64,000 nt of DNA from Vicugna vicugna (Eukaryota), in the NCBI GenBank assembly GCA_013265495.1, contig MU058045.1, positions 1-64,000 of the forward strand, given 5' to 3'. The notes beneath the pieces were generated by a model. The model did not search any database and was not told the DNA's origin. It saw nothing but the letters and a program-made list of their open reading frames with translations. The position numbers and the translations under genes are program-made. Numbering within the stretch: the first letter of the stretch is position 1; every line of letters begins with the position of its first letter. Positions 55,401 through 64,000 of this stretch are shown here, piece after piece.

Positions 55401-58400
55401 TCACTTATATGTGGCATCCTTTAGATTCATAATACAAATGAATCTATATACAAATCAGAAACAGACTCACAGACATAGAAAACAAACTTATGGTTACCAA
55501 AGGGGAAAGTGGGGGAGGATAAATTAGGAGTATGGGATTAACAGATACAAACTACTATACATAAAATACATAAGCAACAAGGATTCACTGTATAGCACAA
55601 GGAACTTGTAATACCTATATCGGAAAATAATCTGAAAAAAAATGTGTATATAAAACCGAATCACTTTCCTGTACACCTCAAACTAACGTAATATTGTAAA
55701 TCAACTATACTTCAACTTAAAAAGAAAAATGAGTATAAATGAGATACACTCATCTCCTAAAGGAAAAAGGGCTCTTAACATACTCAGTTTTTAAAAACCA
55801 AAACCAAAACTTATACACAACCTATAGAAGAAATACCGTAAGTTTGGGTACACAGTAGAGTAGCATCTTGGGGGGGACTTTAAAAATCTCAGTGCCCAGG
55901 ATGAATTCAAGATTAATTAAATCAGAATCTTTGAGTGTGAGACCAGGTGTCAATATGTCATAAATTCCTCAAGAGGTTACAATATACTGCCAAGGCTGAG
56001 GATCACTCATCTAAACCAGAAACTCAAAAAGGTTGGAAACAGAAGGAAGGGTATAGCTCAAGTGGTAGAGCACATGCTTAGCATGCATGAGGTCCTGGGT
56101 TCAATCCCCAGTACCTTCTCTAAGAATAAATCAATGAATAAACCTAAAAAACTTCCCTTCCACCAAAAAAAAAAGGGGGGGAGGTTGGAAATAAAAGGAT
56201 GGCAGAGATACTTTAAGCAAATGCAAGTAAAAAGAAATCAAGGACCATTTCGTTCATAGAACTGAAAGATGAATTCAAAGCAAAAAGTATTAAACAGGAC
56301 ACTGACGTTCATTTCATAATGATGAAGGTACAATTCCATCCACCGTGAAATCATAGCCATCATGAATTGCTTGTGGACCAAATCACAGACCACTGAAATG
56401 TTAGGATGATTCACATGAAAGTGACACTTTATAAGCCAATACTGATAAAATATTGGCAATTTCAGCCTGATCAGTAAAGCAAAATATGTTTGTAATCATT
56501 CTACCATGTTCATATATATGTATTTATGACTTACTAGCTGTGTTGGGTAAAGGGGTGGATCTATGAAAGTGCCCGGCATACGGTAAGGGCTCCGTAAATG
56601 TTACCATTAATCGCCTCCTTTCCCCCCAGATGCCCCACCTGTTCTAATGTGTTGGCTCTTCCCTGTGAATTTTGGTGTTCGGGGTTGGGGTCTGGTGACA
56701 GCAGTGGGCAGGGAGATCTGGGGTGCTTCGGAGGGACCCAGGAACCCAGGGCAGGCACATCTCTGGGAATCCCACCCACTCTGTTCCTTTCCCCCAAGGG
56801 ACCATGCCATCCTTTCACACAGGCCAGCACACAGCAAGCAGGGACTCTCGGTGCCTCCGTGGTGTTCTCCAACCCCAAGTCCTGGCCCTTTAGTTCACCT
56901 GCTTCGCATTCTGTCTCCTCTGTGCCACCTTCTGGCTGTAACCTCCCATTTCTTAGAATCAGTGGCGGCTCCACCATGAACCTCCCAGAGCTCTACCAGA
57001 CCTCTGCTTCTGGATTCTTCCTTAAAAAAAAATAACAAACCCAGCCTAACGCAGCCTCGCAGAGTCTGCATTCCCAAGGTCTCCTCCTGTCTTTGGAGAA
57101 GCTGCGCAGTCTCACCTGCTCCTCTCTGGAGTTGATGATGACCAGGTGGGCGTTCTCCAGCTGGCAGTACTTCTCAGCCTCGAGCCAGGGCTTCCCACTG
57201 CGAGAGAACCAGTAGCAGCTGCCTTCATAGTCCACCCAGTTAACTGGGCAGCACTCTGTGCCTGAGGGGATTGAGGGGCAGAGGGCGATGAGATCCAGCT
57301 GGAGGGGACAGGCAAGAGGGACCGGAGAGCCCCCGCCCCCATCCCTACCGTTGCTCTGGAGGAACGCCAACTGACACGTCAGCATGCGCAGATCCACCGG
57401 GAAGTGCTTCAGATGGAGAAGCAGGGTGGCATGATCTAGGGGGCGGAGTGGTGGACGGTGGTGTGGGCAGTGTGGGCGGCCCACCTACCCGGACTCCAGT
57501 GTTTGGCTGGGGAACACCACACACACATACACACACTCACTTACTCACTCACTCAAAGGAGGGTCTCTGACCTGCCTTCAGGGCTTGCTGCTGTTTTTCC
57601 AACTTGGCTTCCAGAGATGTCACCTTGTCAACTGCGCTGCCTCCTGTAAAAGAGGAAAGCTAGACATTTCCCTCTGTTCTGCCTCCCTGACACCCCTCCA
57701 TCCTCACGCACTGGAGCGCCATCACCTGGACCTGGGACCCTGCACACTCTGCTCCCTGGTTCCCTGCAAACACACACCCCCTATTCTGCCCAGTCTTCCC
57801 TATGCTGCACAGCATTTGTTTTTTAATAGGTTTTTTAGGTGGGGTTAGGAGGGAGGTAATTAGGTTTACTTATTTATTTTAGAGGAGGTACTGGGGACAG
57901 AGCCAGAACCTCGTGCCTGCTAAGCATGCGCTCTGCCACTTGAGCAATACCCTCCCCACTCTGCACGGTTTCTGAAGCACCAACAGCTGAGGCTGCTCCC
58001 TGCTCAGCTCCTTCCAAAAGATGCTCATTTTCTCAAAATAAAGCCCCGCGACTTAGCACGGCTTGCCTGCATGGCCAGGCCCCTCCCGCATCTCTGGCCC
58101 ACCTCTCCTGCCACCTTGGAGGTATTTACAGCCCCCAAACGTGCAGTGGTCTTCCTCACCCCCTGGTCGTCAGAGATTCTGTTCTGTACCTGGCTCTGAC
58201 CTCCGTCCTCTACTATAACTCCTTCCTGTTCATCCTACAGGGCCCCTGGGCTCAGGGACCAGCATCCTAGGAAGTTTTGCCCAGCTTCTTGGGCTATGTT
58301 ATCCTCCCCCCGGCCTGTGCCCCAACAGCACCACAAACACACCCCCACTGAAGACCCAGCACTGGGCACCCAGCTCGGAGCCCAGCAAGCCCTTGACCAT

Positions 58401-61400
58401 CCAGCCCAGCAGGCCCCTCCTCCCAGGGGAGCACCCACTCACCATGGGAGCTCAGAGCCAGGATCTCCATCAGGGTGCCCGAGGAGAAGTTGTCGAAAGT
58501 TTCCTTTAGGGTCTGTAGCTCTACTTGCAGCTGTGCTCCTTATCAGGAAACAGGACAAGGTGGAGGGGGCGGTGTCCCATAGGACAGCCCCCATCACTGT
58601 CCCTCTGCTGTCCCCTCCACTGCCCCATCACTGCCCCTCACTGCTTCCATCTCTTCCCCTATCACAGCTCTCCTCGCCCCCAGCACTGCCCCATCCCTGT
58701 GACCCTCACTTTGGGACCCTATCACACAGACGGCCACCAGCAGCAGGACGTTGAAGCCCAGGACAAGCAGACTGAGGTGGAAGTTGGAGCAGAGACGCTG
58801 AAGCAGAAAGGGCTGTGGAGGAGGCGTCCCTGCAAGAGAAGCAGCGTGAGGACCAGGGACGTCGGAGGCAGGGGCACCAGGGAACGAGCGTTATGGAGCA
58901 TCGGGGACAGAGTCTGAGGACATGCAGCCTGGACGGACGGAAGGAAAGTGAATGGGGGGGGAGCTGCTGGGGGAGTCAATGGGTTTTGACCCCAGCATTC
59001 ATGAATGGCGCACACAAACCTTTGCACACTTGCAGCCACATGAACGAGGGCAAACAGGCACACACACACCCAAGCAGGGGCACATGACACACAGGTACAT
59101 GATATTCACACCATCTGTGTGCACAGCCCTGATCTTGGACCTGGCTGACTTCGAGGCTGGACTCCGTGTCCTTAAAATCCATGCCTGGGCCCCTCAGACA
59201 AATCCAAAGCTGAGACAACCATCCCCGATTCCACGGGGATCCTTAAGTCCAGGTCACTCACTCCATCACAGACTGCTCTGCAGGGGCCAGGCCCCAGGGC
59301 CACCCTCTCACCTCCCAAACGTGCAATCACACACCCATTTTTCACTTCAAGCTCACAGAGGCACACACTCACACACACCAGCACACTTACACACACTCTC
59401 AGGCACTCGCGCACATACAACAGCTCACACACGTGCACCCACTTCCTCGCACACACAGAGCTGTCTCCGCAGGCCTGGCCATGGCTATCTTCCCAGCCCT
59501 GGGCTCCTGCTTTGGCCTCTTCCCCCTGAGAACAAAATGCGTCCTCTTCTTGTCCTGACCACCCTCCCTCCTCACTGCCATCACACCCAGGCAGCCCCCC
59601 GTCTGCCCAGAACTCTCCACCTCCTCACACCAGGGACGTCACTCTCCTCCACACCAGCAACATCAGGCCCTTCTCCGGAAAACAACCAAAACCAAAAACA
59701 GATAACTTACAAGAAACAAGATTTTTTGAGATGCTGGACTTCAAGAAACAAAGGGCAATGATCTGGAAAACAGTATGGAGATTCCTCAAAAGACTAGGAA
59801 TAGACTTACAGTATGACCCAGGAATCCTGCTCCTGGGCATATATCCAGAAGGAACCATTCCTCAAAATGACACCTGCACCCCAATGTTCATAGCAGCACT
59901 ATTTACAATAGCCAAGACATGGAGACAGCCTAAATGTTCATCAACGGATGACTGGATAAAGAAGATGTGGTATATTTATACAATGGAATACTACTCAGCC
60001 ATAAAAACAAAAACCGACAACGCCATTTGCAGCAACATGGATGCTCCTAGAGAATGTCATTCTAAGTGAAGTAAGCCAGAAAGAGAAAGAAAAATACCAT
60101 ATCAGATCACTCAGATGTGGAATCTAAAAAAAAACAAAAACAAAAACAAAAAAACAAGGCATAAATACAAAAAAGAAATAGACTCATAGACATAGAATAC
60201 AAACTTGTGGTTGCCAAGGGGGCAGGGGGTGGGAAAGGATAGACGGGATTTCAAAATTGTAGAATAGATAAACAAGATTATACTGTAAAGCACAGGGAAA
60301 TATACACAGGATCTTATGGTAGCTCACAGAGAAAGGGATGTGACAATGAATATATATATGTTCATGTATAACTGAAAAATTGTTCTCTACACTGGAATTT
60401 GACACAACATTGTAAAATGATTATAAATCAATAAAAAATGTTAAAAAAAAAAAAGGGCAATGATCCCTGTGGAGACAGGAAACAAACAAGAGGAGTGTAA
60501 CGATTGCCCCAGCCTACTGCTGGGAGAAAGTTTTTAGGTCTTAGCGTAGGGCAGGGAAATCCAAGCAGAGCCCAGCAGACTCCAGACTCCTGGATTTGAA
60601 GAGATGGAAATGGGAGTGTGTGGAGACCAAGGTGGTTCGGATGCACAGGACAGAGTATCAGAGAGGAGACAGCTGCGCAGAGCATCCTGGAGATCTGCTG
60701 AGGGTTCCCCCTTAGCAAGCCGCTGAGATGTGGATGTACGGAACGCCACCCAAGGCCAGGAGAAAGACAATCTGAAAGGATTAGGGAGCAGGGCCTGGCA
60801 CTCAGACAGGGTGGGGAAGAGTGGAAAACTCACAACCCACAGGACACTGGGTAGAGAACCTCAGTCATGCTCCAGACCCACCTAACAAATCATAAAAGCA
60901 AAACCCAAAAGGATCAGATTGACTCCAAGTTACTTAGCCGCATCCCAGGATGAAGCTCCAGAGTATTCAGAGGAATACAAATATGTCCAGCACACAAGGT
61001 AAAATTCACAACGTCTGGCATCCAATCAAAGGCCACCAGGCACACAAAGAAGCAAGAAAACACAGCTCATAACAAGAAGGCTAATAAACCTCCAGAAACT
61101 GGCCCAGAACTAGTGCAGGTGCGAGACTTGGCAGACAGGGACATCAGAACGGCGGTTGTAACTGTACGCCACATATTCAAAAATTAAGTAGAATATCAAT
61201 ATTTAAAAGTCCCAAGCTGAACTTCTAGACATGAAGACTCCGATGTTAGAAATGAAAAATACAATGAATGGAATTAATGGAAGATTAGACACGCAGAAGG
61301 AAAGATTAGCGAATTTAAGATGTAGCAATAATAACTATATAAAAAGAAACATTGAGAGAAAAAAGACTCCCCTCCTCAAAATGAAAAGTGCACCAGTGAG

Positions 61401-62641
61401 CTGTAGGACCACTAATCCGTGGGTAACTGGAGTCCCTGACTTCAAGGGGCGGTGGGGGGGCTGGAAAGTACTTTGAAGAAAAACTGGCCAAAGTGTTTCC
61501 AAACCTGCAAACTACAGACACGTAGGGCTGGGAAGAGTGGAAGATGGTCCTGGGTAAGCAGGGGATGGGTGTCAGCTCACGTGAAGGCAGCAGAGGCTGC
61601 TGGAGAGAAACTCAGTGATGGCTGCACCCCCAGACTTGCCCTGCATGGTGTCCCTCCGGCGTTGTGGGGAGCCCCCTCTCCCACGCAGTCCAAAACCTCT
61701 GCACTCTCTCCGAGCCTCCTGCCTAAACACTGAGTCCTCTCACCTTCGGGAGATTCAACAACATCTAAACTTGTTTTTGAGCGTCCACTGCGTACCAGGC
61801 AGCGCGTGGGCCCTGAGCGTGCAGAGGAGGGGGAGACAGACGCGGCCTCAGGCCCACGCAGGCTACCGCCCCATGGAAAGGCCTGCCAGCCCGCCATGCC
61901 GGGAAGGGAACAGCTGCCCCTCCTGCCGTTCCCACTCAGCTCCCACTCGCGGCTGTGACAGCGCCAGCCCTCCTGGGTCTGCCAGCCTCAGCAACGAGGG
62001 GTCCCTCCTCCCAGTCCAGGCAAACCCACCCCCTCCCTGAGTTTCCAGCCCCAGTCCCTCTCCAGCTCCACAGAGCCTGGCTCCATCACTGGCGCCCACG
62101 CACCTGATACCCGCTCCTCAGCCCCGGCTCCTGAGCCTAGAATTGCTCAGATCTTTCTCACCTTAAACCTTTTCCCAGACACCTGGGGCCTATGGTCAAG
62201 ATTTGCTAAAGAAAGACCTGGGCAGTGGGAGTCTTCCAGTATCTCTCTGTGCCCTTTCCCCCACCCACACCCATCTCCCCCACCCACATACCTGGCACAA
62301 GCTGCTGGGGTTGGAAGGAAGAGGGGGAGACCCCTTTCCTGGGGTCCTGGGGTGAAGAGGGAGGTGAGGGCAGGGGACAAGCAGAGGTGTCAGGCACCTC
62401 ATACCCAGAGGGGCCCATCCCCGGTCATGGAGTGAATGTGACAGAGACCTCAGAGAGACAGAGAGCCACCAGGAGCTAGACCGAGGTGGAGCCAAGCCCC
62501 AGGAAGCAGACACTTGCCTTTCCAAAATGGATTTTCTCTCCTGGAACCGTGCCCACGAGTGCCTGGGCCCTCATCTCTGCTGAGCTGGTGGTCGCTGTCC
62601 TCCGAGTCTAGCTGCTGGATGTCTTGAAAGTCCCTCGCCAT
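52407..62641 (-). CDS. ASGR2: Asialoglycoprotein receptor 2 (H2b-type), 302 aa, 8 coding exons
   Basis: Minus-strand exons 62641-62518 (GC donor), 58829-58710, 58538-58443, 57643-57572, 57435-57349, 57261-57116, 52919-52813, 52563-52407 (909 nt). [16 protein letters not shown]-term, [12 protein letters not shown] neck, [35 protein letters not shown]. Confidence 0.94.
54288..55725 (+). mobile_element. LINE-1 3' fragment in ASGR2 intron (antisense to gene)
   Basis: [16 protein letters not shown] and [26 protein letters not shown] translations; 3'UTR and A-rich end. Confidence 0.93.
56045..56173 (+). mobile_element. Vic-1-like SINE in ASGR2 intron
   Basis: gggtatagctcaagtggtagagcacatgcttagcatgcatgaggtcctgggttcaatccccag; flanking aggttggaaa repeats. 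Confidence 0.85.
57815..57957 (-). mobile_element. Vic-1-like SINE in ASGR2 intron
   Basis: ggaggtaattagg...cctcgtgcctgctaagcatgcgctctgccacttgagcaataccctcccc. Confidence 0.8.
59764..60451 (+). mobile_element. Young 5'-truncated LINE-1 with perfect 14-bp TSD in ASGR2 intron
   Basis: Open ORF2 C-term (59764-60069), poly(A), TSD aaagggcaatgatc at 59750-59763 and 60452-60465. Confidence 0.93.
60466..61515 (+). mobile_element. Old L1M 5'/ORF1-region fragment (host of the young L1)
   Basis: [24 protein letters not shown]1 coiled-coil-like remnant; caaggtaaaattcacaacgtctggcatccaatcaaa. Confidence 0.75.
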
Positions 62642-63156
62642 GCTGGTTTGGGCGCTGGGTTGCAGCTGGACCTGGGAGAGGGTCGAGGTGCTTTTAGGGC
62701 TGGGGCTGATGTTTGTGCTAAGATGCTAATTCAGGAGGGGGCTGACGGATACAGGGTCAGAGTAGGTCGAGGCAATGGCTTGGGTTGGATCTGAAGTTGG
62801 AAATGAGTTTGGGGCTGAAATACAGCTGGGTCCCATCCCTTCTCAGGAGACTGCTGGAGCCTTGAAAAGCCAGGCGCCTCCCCTCCACGGGCTCCAAATC
62901 ACCCCACATCTTCCTGTCTGCCTCCCACTGTCCCTGAACCAAGGTCCCTTTAATCCTAAACATTCCCCATCCCACCTGCCTCCCCACCTCGGCTACCTGT
63001 TACAGGAATGGAGGGCTGACTCTTGGGTCTCTCAGGCAGCCCAGGCCCCTGGGCAAAGGATGGACTTGAGCCGGGAGAAGTGGGGAAGGGGAGGAGACTG
63101 GTCCAGGTGAGGGCCCTGAGTCCGTGTGTCTGAGCGTCCAAGTGTTTCTAACACCC

Positions 63157-63176
63157 AGGACTTTGGACGGTAAATA
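63157..63176 (-). promoter_or_regulatory. Adjacent HNF4-like and FOXA-like motifs upstream of the ASGR2 start codon
   Basis: Minus strand GTCCAAAGTCCT (HNF4 CAAAGTCC core, 63157-63168) next to TATTTAC (forkhead, 63170-63176). Confidence 0.45.
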
Positions 63177-64000
63177 GAAGTGGAAACCGAGTGGGAACTC
63201 AGGCAAAGTGAGGTGGGGGTGGGGGCAGGACCGTCTATGTCCTTCACAGAGAACAGGGTCCCCAGGTCTGCCCCCCTCACCCCCCACAAGCCAGTCACCT
63301 CACTCTTCATGGCACATTTGAGAGGGGTCCAGGCCAGCAGGGGCGGGGGGGGGGCAGGTCAGTGTTTCCCTCTGCCCCTCCCCTCTTTCACTTTCTGCCT
63401 CTGACTCTCCCCGAATCACTGGTTCTCCAAATATCCCTCACTAGGATCAGAGGCACCGGGCTCCGCTCCTGCCCAGTCTGGCGTCTGGGCCTACGTCGCC
63501 CATGTCCTGCGGGCCCAGCCCCCTGGCTCCCCAGCCCTGGGCTACCTTTCGCGGGAGAAGGCCCCGCAGAGACCGGAAGTTCAGGAGGAGGGAGGAGGGT
63601 CCAAAAGGCAGGCGTGTTGGGCAGGAGGAACCGCTCCTGCGGCCCTGGCAGCACAGGCCTTTGTCCTCATGCCCCTCCGCAGGGCTGAAGAGCCCGCAGA
63701 CATTTTCTCAGGAGGCGGGTTCTCCGGCTGTTGCCATTTCACAGAGGAGGAAATGGACCCTCGTGGAGGTTAAGTGACTTGACCTGGGGGAGGGGTCCGT
63801 GGGTAGGGAAACTGGGAAGCAAAACTTAATAAAGAGGAAAAAAGTCATCCCGTGAGAGTAGGGACATCACAGTCCTGTGAGGAAGATGGGGCTCCAAGAA
63901 CTGAGGAACGTGACTAACTCAAGTCTACACTCGCACTGACACTAGCTTGGGAAAGAAATTCACCCGATTTTCTGACCCTCACCAAGAAGTGAAACTAGAG

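Noticed and set aside
58952..59761. 269-aa His/Thr-rich ORF antisense in ASGR2 intron
   Set aside because: Arises from CA-rich low-complexity sequence

Overview
Eukaryotic (mammalian) genomic DNA syntenic to human 17p13.1. Repeated tRNA-derived SINEs of the Vic-1 type point to a camelid (camel/alpaca/llama). Five intact multi-exon genes were assembled by hand from splice sites: BCL6B (+, 476 aa), SLC16A13 (+, 426 aa), SLC16A11 (-, 447 aa), CLEC10A (-, 307 aa) and ASGR2 (-, 302 aa). Intergenic and intronic DNA is mostly L1, L2, MIR, MER5, LTR and SINE relics, plus two processed pseudogenes: a CRK retrocopy carrying the CRK-I splice junction, and an HMGN2 3'UTR retrocopy joined directly to an L1 3' end. 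I see no evidence of a wholly new biological system. The best leads are the ASGR2 splicing architecture (a GC-AG donor, and AT at both positions matching the human alternative donors), the two retrocopies, the CLEC10A neck region and a near-perfect 150-bp tandem duplication. Comparisons with human and mouse sequences are from memory, not from alignments run here.
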